A stretch of 64,000 bases of DNA from Candidatus Krumholzibacteriia bacterium (GCA_046484865.1 JAWOID010000061.1:15802-79801); one strand, 5' to 3'. Shown: positions 21,248 to 31,547, counted from the first letter of the stretch. Notes: generated by a model from the sequence alone, not told the origin. A program made the numbers and translations.

Positions 21248-22819
21248 ATGGCGCAAGCGATCAAGGTTCCGGAGGTCTCCGAGGGCGTCACCGAGGGGAC
21301 GGTCATCAGCCTGGCGGTGGCCGAGGGCGACGCCGTGGAAGCCGACCAGACGCTGCTGGAACTGGAGACCGACAAGGCCGTGGTGGCCCTGCCCGCCCCG
21401 TTCGCCGGCCGTATCACCGCCATCAAGGTGAGCGAGGGCGATGTCGTGCAGGTGGGCCAGGTGGTGATGGAAGGCGAGCCTTCCGGCGACGGCGCCGGCG
21501 CTCCCGCCGTCGAGACGGGCGAGGCCGAGGCGGGCCCCGCCCGGACCGAGCCCAAGGAGTCGGCCAGCGCCATGGCCGGCGCGAACGCCGAGGCCGCGGG
21601 CGAGCGCGCCGCCCGGGAGGCGGCCGACCAGCCGGTGGAGACGCAGGACGTCCCGGCAGCAAAGGCGCCGCCACCCGAGGAACCGCCGCGCGAGGACCCC
21701 GGCGAGCAGCCGCCTCGAAAGGAGCCGCCTCCCGAGGAACCGCCCCGCGAGGAGCCGCCTGCCGAGGAACCGCCCCGCAAGGAGCCCGGCGAGCAGCCGC
21801 CCCGCAAGGAGCCGCCCCCCGAGGAACCCGATCAGCGGCCGGCCACGGGCGATGCGGACCTCACGACCGCCCGCCAGGGCGACGAGGTGGCTCCGGCGGC
21901 GCCGTCGGTGCGCCGCCTGGCACGCGAGCTCGGGGTCGACATCTACCAGGTGCCCGGCTCCGGCCCCGGCGGCCGCATCGCCGAGGACGACGTGCGCGGC
22001 TTCGTGAAGCAGGCCATGGAGCAGCTCGACGGCTTCCAGGCACAGGTGGCCGCCGGCGCCGCGCCCCCGGGCGGCGTGGGCTTGTCGGCGGCGCGCCCGC
22101 TGCCTGACTTCACCCGCTGGGGCGAGGTGGAACGCCAGCCGCTGAGCCGCATCCGCGAGCTCACCGGCGAGGCGATGTCCACCACCTGGGCCACCATCCC
22201 GATGGTCACGCAGTACGACCGCGCCGACATCACCGCCGTCGAGGAATTTCGCGAGCAGCAGAACCGGCGGGCTCCGGACGACGCCAAGGTCACCATGACC
22301 GCCATCCTCCTGAAGGTCTGCGCCGCGGCGATGAAGGCCTTCCCCCAGGTGAACAGCAGCCTCGATCCGGCGGCACGGGAGCTGGTGCTCAAGAAGTACG
22401 TTCACGTGGGCGTGGCGGTGGACACGCCGCACGGCCTGCTGGTGCCGGTCGTGCGCGACGTGGACCGCAAGGGGATCGGACATCTGGCGCGCGAGCTGAA
22501 CGAGCTGGCCGGACGCACCCGCGAACGCAAGGTGAAGCCGGAGGAGATGGAGGGCGGCACCTTCACCATCAGCAACCTGGGCGGCATCGGCGGCACCGCC
22601 TTCACGCCGCTGGTGTACGCGCCGCAGGCGGCCATCCTGGGCGTGTCGCGGGCGGAGATGATGCCCGTGTGGGACGGTCAAGGGTTCCATCCTCGCCTGA
22701 TGCTGCCGCTCTCGCTCACCTACGACCACAGGATCGTCGACGGCGCCGACGGTGCGCGCATCCTGCGCTGGATCTGTCGCGCCCTGGAACAACCCCTGCA
22801 CCTGGTCCTGGAGGGCTGA
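21248..22819 (+). CDS. aceF: Dihydrolipoamide acetyltransferase E2
   Basis: Lipoyl LETDKA, AAPSVRRLARELGVD, GGTFTISNLGG, DHRIVDG. Confidence 0.92.
   Translation: MAQAIKVPEVSEGVTEGTVISLAVAEGDAVEADQTLLELETDKAVVALPAPFAGRITAIKVSEGDVVQVGQVVMEGEPSGDGAGAPAVETGEAEAGPARTEPKESASAMAGANAEAAGERAAREAADQPVETQDVPAAKAPPPEEPPREDPGEQPPRKEPPPEEPPREEPPAEEPPRKEPGEQPPRKEPPPEEPDQRPATGDADLTTARQGDEVAPAAPSVRRLARELGVDIYQVPGSGPGGRIAEDDVRGFVKQAMEQLDGFQAQVAAGAAPPGGVGLSAARPLPDFTRWGEVERQPLSRIRELTGEAMSTTWATIPMVTQYDRADITAVEEFREQQNRRAPDDAKVTMTAILLKVCAAAMKAFPQVNSSLDPAARELVLKKYVHVGVAVDTPHGLLVPVVRDVDRKGIGHLARELNELAGRTRERKVKPEEMEGGTFTISNLGGIGGTAFTPLVYAPQAAILGVSRAEMMPVWDGQGFHPRLMLPLSLTYDHRIVDGADGARILRWICRALEQPLHLVLEG
21668..21829 (+). 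repeat. Degenerate tandem repeats encoding a Pro/Glu-rich linker in E2
   Basis: PPPEEPPREDPGEQPPRKEPPPEEPPREEPPAEEPPRKEPGEQPPRKEPPPEEP. Confidence 0.85.
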
Positions 22820-22824
22820 CCACG

Positions 22825-24327
22825 ATGGGCAAAGGCAACGGCAAGCAGGAGGCGCAGAGCAAGCGATCGGACCCGCCGGGCGAGCGCGGCGATCCGGACC
22901 GGCAGAAGACGCAGGACGACAAGGCCGAGCCGGCCGAGCGCGCCGGCCGAGCCGCCCAGCTCGTGGTCATCGGCGGCGGCCCCGCCGGCTACCTGGCGAT
23001 GTTCCGGGCCGCGGAGCTGGGTCTGGACGTCACCCTGGTCGACCCCGAGGAGAATCCCGGCGGCGTCTGCCTCTATCGCGGCTGCATCCCCTCCAAGGCG
23101 CTGCTGCACGCGGCCAGGGTCATCCGCGAGGCGGAGGACTCGAAGCTGCTGGGGCTGAAGTTCCGGCCGCCCGAGATCGATGTGGACCGCCTGCGCGCCT
23201 GGAAGGACGAGGTGGTCGGCAAGCTCACCGGCGGTCTCGGCCAGAAGGCGCGCAAGCTGAAGATCCGGCACCTGCGCGGCCGGGCGCGGTTCGTCGACGC
23301 GCGCACCCTCGCCGTGGAGCTCGTAAACGGCGGCGGCACCGAGCGGGTGCCGTTCGAGCAGGCGATCGTCGCCACCGGCTCGGAGCCGGTCGCGCTGCCC
23401 GGCGTCCCCGCCTCCGACCGCGTCATGGATTCCACCGGCGCGCTCGATCTGCCGGAGGTACCGAAATCGCTGCTGGTGATCGGCGGCGGCTACATCGGGC
23501 TCGAGCTGGGCAGCGTCTACGCCGCGCTGGGCAGCAAGGTCTCGGTGGTGGAGATGACGGCAGGTCTCCTGCCCGGCGTGGACCGCGATCTGGTCTCGGT
23601 CCTCAAGCGGCGGCTGGACCACCAGTTCGAGCGCATCCTGCTGAACACGAAGGTGGCGTCGCTGAAGGCGCAGAAGTCGGGCGTGAAGGTGATGCTGGAG
23701 AACGCCGGTGGCGAGACCGACTCACAGCGCTTCGACCGGGTCCTGGTCTCCATCGGCCGGCGGCCCCTCAGCCGCGACCTCGGGCTGGAGAACACGAGGA
23801 TCGAGGTCGACGAGCGCGGATTCGTGAAGGTGGACGGCCAGCGCCGCACCGCCGAGCGCCACATCTTCGCGATCGGCGACGTGGCGGGCGAGCCGATGCT
23901 GGCGCACAAGGGCTACGCCGAGGCGCTGGTGGCGGCCGAGGCGGCGGCGGGACGCAAGTCGATCTACGAGCCGCGGGGCGTTCCGGCGGTGGTCTACACC
24001 GATCCCGAGATCGCCTGGGTGGGCCTCAGCGAGACGGACGCCCGCGCCGAGCAGCGCAAGGTCAAGACGGCCAAGCTGCCCTGGCGCGGCAACGGCCGCA
24101 CGCTCACCCTGGGCCGCGATGACGGGATGACCAAGATCCTGATCGATCCGGGGTCGCGGCGGGTGCTCGGTATCGGGCTGGTGGGGCCCGGCGCCGGCGA
24201 ACTGGTGGCGGAGGGCGCTTTGGCGCTGGAGATGGCCGCCGTGGCGGAAGACCTGCGCCGGACCATCCACCCCCACCCCAGCCTCTCCGAGACGATCTTC
24301 GACGCCGCGGAACAGATCGTGGAGTGA
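22825..24327 (+). CDS. lpdA: Dihydrolipoyl dehydrogenase E3 (second copy)
   Basis: GGGPAGY, GGVCLYRGCIPSKAL, HPHPSLSE; charged N-terminal extension. Confidence 0.93.
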   Translation: MGKGNGKQEAQSKRSDPPGERGDPDRQKTQDDKAEPAERAGRAAQLVVIGGGPAGYLAMFRAAELGLDVTLVDPEENPGGVCLYRGCIPSKALLHAARVIREAEDSKLLGLKFRPPEIDVDRLRAWKDEVVGKLTGGLGQKARKLKIRHLRGRARFVDARTLAVELVNGGGTERVPFEQAIVATGSEPVALPGVPASDRVMDSTGALDLPEVPKSLLVIGGGYIGLELGSVYAALGSKVSVVEMTAGLLPGVDRDLVSVLKRRLDHQFERILLNTKVASLKAQKSGVKVMLENAGGETDSQRFDRVLVSIGRRPLSRDLGLENTRIEVDERGFVKVDGQRRTAERHIFAIGDVAGEPMLAHKGYAEALVAAEAAAGRKSIYEPRGVPAVVYTDPEIAWVGLSETDARAEQRKVKTAKLPWRGNGRTLTLGRDDGMTKILIDPGSRRVLGIGLVGPGAGELVAEGALALEMAAVAEDLRRTIHPHPSLSETIFDAAEQIVE

Positions 24328-24361
24328 CCCGGCCGCACCGTAATCCGCCGTGGTCCGTCTG

Positions 24362-24391
24362 TTGATTTAGAGTTTCATTTTATGCTATGAT
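24362..24391 (+). promoter_or_regulatory. Probable sigma70 promoter
   Basis: TTGATT-N18-TATGAT with TGn extension, in an AT-rich patch upstream of the M6 protease. Confidence 0.55.
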
Positions 24392-24632
24392 GCGCGCCGA
24401 GCGTCGCGCCGCGATCAGGGAGGGGAAGGGGATCCCCCCGGGTCGCCGACGCCGGCAGTACGGATCGCCCTCGCCTTGACCGGACAACAACAGGTCGACA
24501 CCTCGCCCGCGCACCGGACTGCGGCGGGCCGCCCGAGCGGCCGGCGCCTGGTGTCCCGTGTCCTGTGCGCCTGCGTCTCTCGCCGGGCGCCGCTGCGGCG
24601 CGGTCGTTCCCCACCGCCCAGGGAGGTCCGTC

Positions 24633-27600
24633 ATGCACTCCTCGCCCGCGGTCTCCGACCCGGTCGCCTCGCCGGTGACCGGATGTTCGCGTCCCACCCG
24701 GACGTGCCCGGTCCCTTCGGTCCTCGTCGTCCTCGCCGCCGCCGTGATGCTGGGGGGCCTCTCGGCTTCCGCCCTCGCCATGCCTCCCCGTCCGGTGCCC
24801 CACGACGAGCACGGCATGCCCGTGGCCGCCGGCCAGGCGGCCGACAAGTCCCTCGAGGCACTCGCCGGCCCCGGGGTCGACGCCCCTTACCACGGCAACT
24901 CGCCGCCGCGCACCGGCACGGCGAACCTGCCGGTGCTCCTGATCGACTTCCCCGACCGCGCCGGCGTGATCGCACCGGCGCGCTTCGACACCATGCTCTT
25001 CCATCTGAACCAGGCGTGGCCGACCGGCAGCATGAGCGAGTACTTCCGGGAGAACGGCACGCTGTCCATTTGGGGCCAGACCCATGGCTGGTTCAGGATG
25101 CCCGCGGCGTCCACCGTCTACGTGAACGGCTTCGGCGGAATGCTGGACACTTATCCACGCAACTCGCAAGGCGCAGTCTTCCAGGCTGCGCAGTTGGCGG
25201 ACCCCGCCATCGACTTCAGCCAGTACGACAATGACGGCCCCGACAACGTCCCCAACTCGGGCGATGACGACGGCTTCGTCGACTGCGTCATCGCGGTCTT
25301 CGCCGGCTACGCCGCCGAGTCGTACGTTCCCGCCAGTGCAGGCAACCGCATCTGGTCCCACTGCTGGTACCTGGACGCTGGTCGCGGCCCCGGACCGTAC
25401 GTCACCAACGACATGGGCGCGAACGGCCAGTTCATCAAGATCGACCTCTACACAATCCAGTCTGAGCTGCGGAACACCTCGGGAACGATCATCCGCGACA
25501 TCGGCGTGTTCTGCCACGAGTTCGGCCACGCCCTCGGCCTGCCCGACCTCTGGAGCACCTGCCCGGCCGTCTTCCAGTCGACCCACGGCGTCTGGAACGG
25601 CGTCGGGGAATACGACCTCATGTGCCTCGGCGGCTGGGGGGCGGGCGGGGCCGCGCCCGACCAGCCGCACCACCTGAGCGCTTTCGGCAAGGCCCTGCTC
25701 GGCTGGGCGAACACCATCTACGTGTCCGTGGACCTGCCCGGCTGCACCATACCGGCGGTGCAGTCCTCCCGCACCGTCTACTCCAGCTTCCCCTTCCTCA
25801 CGGGACCGCCCGTGGACACAGCGCCCATCCAGCTTCCGCCGCAGATGGACCTGCTGCCGCCGCCCTTCGAGGGCTGGATCCTCGAGAACCGCCAGTCCGA
25901 CCTGCCGGGCCAGCTCTTCGACCGGAACCTGCCGGGTTCAGGCTTGCTGCTCTACCACTACGACGGCGCGGTCGGGCTCCGCGACTACGACGCCGACGGG
26001 CTGGCGAACTGGTACGACAACGACGTGCAGTGGTCCGAGCGCTGGCCCCTGCTCGCGGTCGAGTGCCCCGACCAGACCGGCCCCGACCACTCGTTCGACA
26101 ACGACGACCTCGCCCTCCAGAACAACAACGGCGACCAGTTCGATTTCTTCTACCAGGGCAATCCCTTCGGAGACGTGTTCGACTGGAACACGTCGCCCTC
26201 GAACCTGAACCACTCGGGCGCGGCCACGTTCTTCGCTCTGCGCAACGTCGGTCCGAGCGGGACGACCATGACGGCGGACATCATCGTGGGTACACCGGGC
26301 GGCCCCAACCACGACATCTGGGTGAAGGACTGCGATCGCGACGACGGCAGCGAGCCATCCACGGCGAACTGCGACTGCCCGGGCTATCACCGCCAGTACT
26401 CCAGCCCCGACGTGTGGTTCGACAACGACGGAGACGGGCGGCTCGATGCGCCGGTCGGCGGCTGTCCCAACCGCATGTTCCTGAAGGTGCGCAACGCCGG
26501 CCCGCAGCCCATCGACTACGCAACCGTGCAGGTCTTCGAGATGTCGGGCTACCTCAGCCTGCCGCAACCCGTTGCTCCGCCGGTGCATCCGTTCTCCGGG
26601 ATGGCGCGACTCTGTTCGACCACGGTGGCATCCATCGGAGCGGCGGACAGCGCGACGGTGCAGGTGTGGGTGAACATGCCCGTTATTCCGCCGGGATCGT
26701 GGCCGCCGCACCTGGGCATCCTGGTCCAGACCGCCGTGGACACGCTCACGGGGTTCTGCACCAGTCCGGACGACAACAACCTGGCCGAGAGCAGTTCCAG
26801 CTGTCTGTACTGGAGTGCCGGTCAGCCAGCGCCGAAGTCCGCCGCGGCCACCGCCGCATCGGGGGGCGACCTGCCGAGCGTCAAGCGAGCCGCCGCAGGC
26901 ACCGCCGCGGCGACCTGGTCCGGCGCCGCACCGCCGAGCGTCGCGCAAGCCGCCGTGGCGCGGCTGGAGATGACGGAACCGATCCAGGTCGTGGTCCCGG
27001 TGAACAATCCGTTCGAGGCGCCCCTGGAGGTGACCATCGCCGCCGAGGCCGAGCTTCCCCTTGGCTGTGCCGTGGAGTTCTTCCTGCCCGAGATCGATCC
27101 AGCAGCCGTCGTTCTGCCCTACACGTTCGTCCTCGACCCGATGCAGGTGACGCCGCTGGAGGTGGTCGTCCTTCCCGGCGAAGGCGTGGTCCACGGCGTG
27201 ACCGGCTGGCTGGCGATACTCGAGTACGAGGCCGCCCTTCACCCGCTGCCCGAAGGTCTGCTGGGCAGCATGCACTTCGAGCTCGGCGCCGACCTGTTTC
27301 CGCCGCTGCCCGTGGGCGACCTCGCCGCGGAACTCGTGAGCGACGAGCCGTGCCTGCCCGATGGAGGCGCCGTGCGACTGGTATTCCAGCCGCCCCTCTT
27401 CGATGTGGCCGGCTTCGAGGAGGACCTCTCGTTCTTCGTGATCTACCGCGACACGGTCCCGGACGTGGAGATCGATATCGCGAAGCTCATCGGCAAGTGT
27501 GCCGCCGATGCCGACGAGGAGACCGCCGCCTGGGAATGGGTGGATCCGGAATGGGCGCTCGACGCGACCGGCCCCACGCCATATTACCGCGTGGTGGCGG

Positions 27601-28805
27601 TGGATGAGGCCGGCAACGCGAGCGAGGCTTCGGCAGTGGCGTGGCCGGAACTGCAGCGCCACTATCTCGACCACGACGCAGGGGCGGTGCGCGTCACCTT
27701 CACGGACCAGGGCAGTTTCGGCTGGATGGAGCCGAACGGTCGGGGCAGCGGCTTCCAGTATCCGCAGGCTTCGCCGAGTCTCCTGTACGCTGGCGGTCTC
27801 TGGGTGGGGGCCGGCGCGGACTACGTGGCGAGCCGCGACTATCTGGACGACGCGGCCGACTGGGAGTCGTCGGTGGATCCCGCCGGCGCCATCCGGCCGA
27901 GCCCGCCAGAGTGGCTGCCGCCGGTGGAGCCGCAGGGCCTGGTGGCCTGGTACCGCGACACCGGCGCCGACGCCCCGGGCACCTGGCTGGTGCGCCAGGC
28001 GAGCTTCGCCTGGAGCGATCCGGCCGGCGACGACTTCGTCCTCGTCAACACGAAGCTGATCAACACCTCCGACGCGGCGGTCACGGGGGCTCATGCGGCG
28101 GTCTTCGCCGACTGGGACGTCGTCGATGCGTTCGCCGACGAGGGAGGCGCCGACGAATACCGCGATCTCATCTACTGCTGGCACGGCAGCGGCCCCTACG
28201 TGGGCATTCGCGTGCTGCATCCGGCGCCGGCCGCCAACCTCTCCCACATCCACAACCCGACCTGGGTCTGGCCGAACTCGTTCCTGAGCGATGGCGAGAA
28301 GTGGAACTTCATGGTCGGCAGCGATCCCGCGCACCGCATGCGCACCACCCACGAGGCCACCGACTGGAGCATGGTGGCGGCGGCGGGGCCGTTCTCGGTC
28401 GCACCGGACGACACGATGGACGTCTGGTTCGCCCTGGTCGCCGGCCCCGATCTGCCCTCGCTGCTGGCGCATGCCGACGAGGCGTTCGCGAGGTTCGTGG
28501 CGCACGCTACGTTCGTGGAGGACCGTGTCGCGCCCCTGCCTCGGTCTCTCGTGGTGAACGCCAACGTGCCCAACCCCTTCAACCCGGTGACGGAGATCCG
28601 CTACGTGCTGCCGCAACGCTGCAATGTAGAGGTGGCGGTCTTCGATCTGCTCGGGCGCCGGGTCGACACGGTGTTCGAGGGCATGCAGACCGCCGGCCCG
28701 CACGCGGTCTCGTGGTGCCCGGAGCGGCTGCCGAGCGGCACCTACCTGGCCCGTGTCCGCGCCGCCGGCGATACGGGCGTGCGCAAGATGGTGCTGATCA
28801 GATGA
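24633..28805 (+). CDS. Secreted M6-family (immune inhibitor A-like) metalloprotease with C-terminal sorting domain
   Basis: Signal peptide; PVLLIDFPD, GSMSEYFRENG, IDFSQYDNDG, HEFGHALGLPDL, LMCLG; C-terminal NVPNPFNP...SGTYL; start uncertain. Confidence 0.88.
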   Translation: MHSSPAVSDPVASPVTGCSRPTRTCPVPSVLVVLAAAVMLGGLSASALAMPPRPVPHDEHGMPVAAGQAADKSLEALAGPGVDAPYHGNSPPRTGTANLPVLLIDFPDRAGVIAPARFDTMLFHLNQAWPTGSMSEYFRENGTLSIWGQTHGWFRMPAASTVYVNGFGGMLDTYPRNSQGAVFQAAQLADPAIDFSQYDNDGPDNVPNSGDDDGFVDCVIAVFAGYAAESYVPASAGNRIWSHCWYLDAGRGPGPYVTNDMGANGQFIKIDLYTIQSELRNTSGTIIRDIGVFCHEFGHALGLPDLWSTCPAVFQSTHGVWNGVGEYDLMCLGGWGAGGAAPDQPHHLSAFGKALLGWANTIYVSVDLPGCTIPAVQSSRTVYSSFPFLTGPPVDTAPIQLPPQMDLLPPPFEGWILENRQSDLPGQLFDRNLPGSGLLLYHYDGAVGLRDYDADGLANWYDNDVQWSERWPLLAVECPDQTGPDHSFDNDDLALQNNNGDQFDFFYQGNPFGDVFDWNTSPSNLNHSGAATFFALRNVGPSGTTMTADIIVGTPGGPNHDIWVKDCDRDDGSEPSTANCDCPGYHRQYSSPDVWFDNDGDGRLDAPVGGCPNRMFLKVRNAGPQPIDYATVQVFEMSGYLSLPQPVAPPVHPFSGMARLCSTTVASIGAADSATVQVWVNMPVIPPGSWPPHLGILVQTAVDTLTGFCTSPDDNNLAESSSSCLYWSAGQPAPKSAAATAASGGDLPSVKRAAAGTAAATWSGAAPPSVAQAAVARLEMTEPIQVVVPVNNPFEAPLEVTIAAEAELPLGCAVEFFLPEIDPAAVVLPYTFVLDPMQVTPLEVVVLPGEGVVHGVTGWLAILEYEAALHPLPEGLLGSMHFELGADLFPPLPVGDLAAELVSDEPCLPDGGAVRLVFQPPLFDVAGFEEDLSFFVIYRDTVPDVEIDIAKLIGKCAADADEETAAWEWVDPEWALDATGPTPYYRVVAVDEAGNASEASAVAWPELQRHYLDHDAGAVRVTFTDQGSFGWMEPNGRGSGFQYPQASPSLLYAGGLWVGAGADYVASRDYLDDAADWESSVDPAGAIRPSPPEWLPPVEPQGLVAWYRDTGADAPGTWLVRQASFAWSDPAGDDFVLVNTKLINTSDAAVTGAHAAVFADWDVVDAFADEGGADEYRDLIYCWHGSGPYVGIRVLHPAPAANLSHIHNPTWVWPNSFLSDGEKWNFMVGSDPAHRMRTTHEATDWSMVAAAGPFSVAPDDTMDVWFALVAGPDLPSLLAHADEAFARFVAHATFVEDRVAPLPRSLVVNANVPNPFNPVTEIRYVLPQRCNVEVAVFDLLGRRVDTVFEGMQTAGPHAVSWCPERLPSGTYLARVRAAGDTGVRKMVLIR

Positions 28806-29148
28806 GGGGAGCAACTGCTCCTTGCCGCCTGCGCCCGGGTGGGGTGGCGCCCATCGCCCATGGGACACCCGGGTGCAGGCGGAGGTCGATAGGTTGCGCG
28901 TATCCGAGGACACCGCTCAGCGGCGGCGGGGCCCGAGAGATCCTCGTTCCCCGCGAGCACCTCCTATGAGCCGGAAAGATGAATTTTTGAACTCGGGGTT
29001 GATAGCTCACCTGAACCATGGTACGGTGTCGCAAGTCCGTTGTCGGTGGGCGCGGCTCCTCTGGCCTCGCGCTATTCTCGCCCCCCCCCCCCGCGAGTCG
29101 CCGTTCCGCCTGGCAGGTTCATCGATACCCGTTCGAGGAGGCCACCCC

Positions 29149-29655
29149 ATGCGCCGATTGCTGCTGCCTCTCTGCACCGCGCTGCTCCTGGTCGCTGCCG
29201 CGACCGCCGCTCAGGCCCAGATCGACGTCGAGATCGCCTTCGATCCGGCCGTCGTCGACGCCGGCGGAGACGTCACGCTCTTCACCAGTATCGAGAACCT
29301 CGGCAACGAGGCCGTCGATGCGACCCTCGAGGTGACCTTCGCGGTCGACAGCTACGTCTTCGGCCCGTTCACGGCCGTCGTTCCGCTGGCGGCCGGCGAA
29401 TTGCTGAGCCACGAGTTCACGTTCACCGCCCCGCTCCTTCCTGTCGACGTGATGCTGACGATCGACGTCGTGGCCACGGCGGGCGAGTTCACCGACGCCG
29501 ACACCGCCACCCTGACGATCACCGGTACGCAGGGCGGAACCGCGTCCAGCGACGCGTTCGAGGGCATCCTGCAGGCCTACACGGTCGATCTCTCCGGCTC
29601 CACCGTGGGCGCGAACGCGGCCTCGCTGAGCGACGTCAAGAAGATCTACCGGTAG
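29149..29655 (+). CDS. Small secreted Ig-like hypothetical protein with short C-terminal motif
   Basis: GAGGAGG RBS, signal peptide ending AQA, beta-rich body, ends ASLSDVKKIYR. Confidence 0.75.
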   Translation: MRRLLLPLCTALLLVAAATAAQAQIDVEIAFDPAVVDAGGDVTLFTSIENLGNEAVDATLEVTFAVDSYVFGPFTAVVPLAAGELLSHEFTFTAPLLPVDVMLTIDVVATAGEFTDADTATLTITGTQGGTASSDAFEGILQAYTVDLSGSTVGANAASLSDVKKIYR

Positions 29656-29666
29656 TTCCCACCTCA

Positions 29667-29696
29667 CCGGCGGCCACCCCCCGGGGTGGCCGCCGG
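29667..29696. terminator. GC-rich hairpin downstream of stop codon
   Basis: CCGGCGGCCACCCC / GGGGTGGCCGCCGG; no U-tract. Confidence 0.45.
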
Positions 29697-29717
29697 GTGA
29701 CCCATCCGGGCGACATC

Positions 29718-31424
29718 ATGCGCATGACACCGTTCAGCCGTTACCATCCACCGTCCCGGTGCCGCCGCCGCGCCAGGATCGCGGCCGCCGTCCAGAGGCC
29801 GGCGACGTTGACCGCCGTCCTGCTCGCGCTCGCGGCCGGGTCGCCGGACCTGGCGAGCGCTGCCGATTTCACGCTCCAGCGAACCTATCTGGGTGAGGCG
29901 CCTCTCGATCAGTTCGGCATCGCCGTGGCCGGCGCGGGCGATGTCGACGGTGACGGGCGGGCCGACTTCCTGGTGGGCGCGAACGTGAACGACGAGTTGA
30001 TCCTCAGCGGCGGCAAGGCCTACCTGTTCCTGGGCGGTCCGGAGTACCCCACCGCCGCCGCCCTGACGTTCGCGGGCGACGTCGAGCGGGGGTACTTCGG
30101 CCAGATCCTGACGGGCGGCGGCGACCTGAACGGCGACGGTCTCGACGACTGGGCCGTGGGAGAACCCGGTCCCGGGCCCGACGGCACGCATCCGGGGAGA
30201 GTCCGCGTGTTCCTGGGCGGGGATCCGCCCTCCGACGTCCCTGTGCTCACGCTCACCGGCGAAGTCCCCGGCGGGCAATTCGGGGCCGCTCTGGCGCTGG
30301 TGCCCGATCTCGACGGGGACGGTCATGCGGACCTGGTGGTCGGCTGCCCCCGGGCCGGCGACGGCCGGGTGTTCATCTACCGAGGCGGACCCTTGCCGCT
30401 GGATCCGACTCCCGCCCGGGTGTTGAATGCGCGTCCGGGCGATCAGCGCTTCGGAGCCAGGCTGGCCTGGCTGCCGGATCGCGACGGCGATGGCAAGGAC
30501 GACCTGCTGGTGGGGGTCCCGCGCAACTCGGATGGTGGCGCCTGGTCCGGCGCCGTCCTGCTCTACGCCGGTACCGCGGACCTGGACACCGTTCCCGACC
30601 TGGTGCTGCAGGGCGAGGCGGCCGGCGACGAGTTCGGCGGCGCGCTCGCGGCCGGGCATGACGTGGACGGAGACGGGCAGCCCGACCTCCTGGTGGGCGC
30701 CCCGTTCGCCAACGCCGGCGTCGTGGTGGATGCCGGCAAGACCTACCTGTATCGCGGCGGCACCGCCCTCGACGACGTGGCTGACCTGGTCCTGACCGGC
30801 GCCCAGAACGAGGAACGCTTCGGCACCGCCGTGGCGCTGGGGTTCGACTGGAACGGCGACGCGATCGGCGACATCGCCGTGGGCGCGCCCGGTTTCGATG
30901 ACGAGATGGTCCTCGACTCGGGACGGGTGGCCGTGTTCGGGGGCGGCACGCTCGATACCGTGCCGATCGCCGTCGTCCCGGGCCCGCGGGAAAGCGCCCA
31001 CCTGGGCACGTCCCTCGCCGCAGCCGGAGACGTGGTCGCCGGCAGCCGTGGCGTACTGCTCGCCGGCGGTTACAACGGCACCGACACCGGGCGTGTCCTA
31101 CTCTTCGGTGCAGCGCCGGACCTCACGCCCGCGCCCCCGCGGCCAGCCACCGCGCGGCTGTCGGCGCCCTGGCCCAACCCTGCCAACCCCCGGGTGTCCG
31201 CAAGCCTGCACCTCCAGCGCGCCGGCCGGTGGCAGGTGGCGGTGCACGACCTGCGCGGCCGGCGCGTGGCGACCCTCCTGAACGGCCACCTACCGTCCGG
31301 CGAGCACCGGATCGTCTGGGACGGCGCCTCGGATCGCGGTGCGCCGCAACCCTCCGGCATCTACCTCCTGCGCGCCGAAGGTGGCGGAACTCCGCTGTCC
31401 GCCAGGGTGACCCTCGTGCGCTGA
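29718..31424 (+). CDS. FG-GAP (integrin-alpha) repeat beta-propeller with FlgD-like C-terminal domain
   Basis: Repeated FG...GDVDGDG.xDxxVGA motifs (about 6-7); PWPNPANP...WDG...SGIYL; start uncertain. Confidence 0.88.
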   Translation: MRMTPFSRYHPPSRCRRRARIAAAVQRPATLTAVLLALAAGSPDLASAADFTLQRTYLGEAPLDQFGIAVAGAGDVDGDGRADFLVGANVNDELILSGGKAYLFLGGPEYPTAAALTFAGDVERGYFGQILTGGGDLNGDGLDDWAVGEPGPGPDGTHPGRVRVFLGGDPPSDVPVLTLTGEVPGGQFGAALALVPDLDGDGHADLVVGCPRAGDGRVFIYRGGPLPLDPTPARVLNARPGDQRFGARLAWLPDRDGDGKDDLLVGVPRNSDGGAWSGAVLLYAGTADLDTVPDLVLQGEAAGDEFGGALAAGHDVDGDGQPDLLVGAPFANAGVVVDAGKTYLYRGGTALDDVADLVLTGAQNEERFGTAVALGFDWNGDAIGDIAVGAPGFDDEMVLDSGRVAVFGGGTLDTVPIAVVPGPRESAHLGTSLAAAGDVVAGSRGVLLAGGYNGTDTGRVLLFGAAPDLTPAPPRPATARLSAPWPNPANPRVSASLHLQRAGRWQVAVHDLRGRRVATLLNGHLPSGEHRIVWDGASDRGAPQPSGIYLLRAEGGGTPLSARVTLVR

Positions 31425-31547
31425 CGGGTTTCGACGACCACGTCTCGACATCGTTCAGCATCCACCCGCCGACTTGCCGCCGGACGGCGACGGCCGCCCC
31501 GCTTTCGGCAGGACGGCCGCCGCATTTCCTGGTGACCGCGGGTGCCG

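Noticed and set aside
18622-21807. 1061-aa minus-strand ORF, and similar long ORFs such as 53898..57455, 40708..44034, 25938..28913 and 12593..15373
   Set aside because: Antisense shadows of well-supported genes, expected at this GC content; no motifs of their own
29019-29034. TGGTAC-GGTGTC-GCAA as a second sigma54 promoter
   Set aside because: GG to GC spacing is 9 nt, not the required 10
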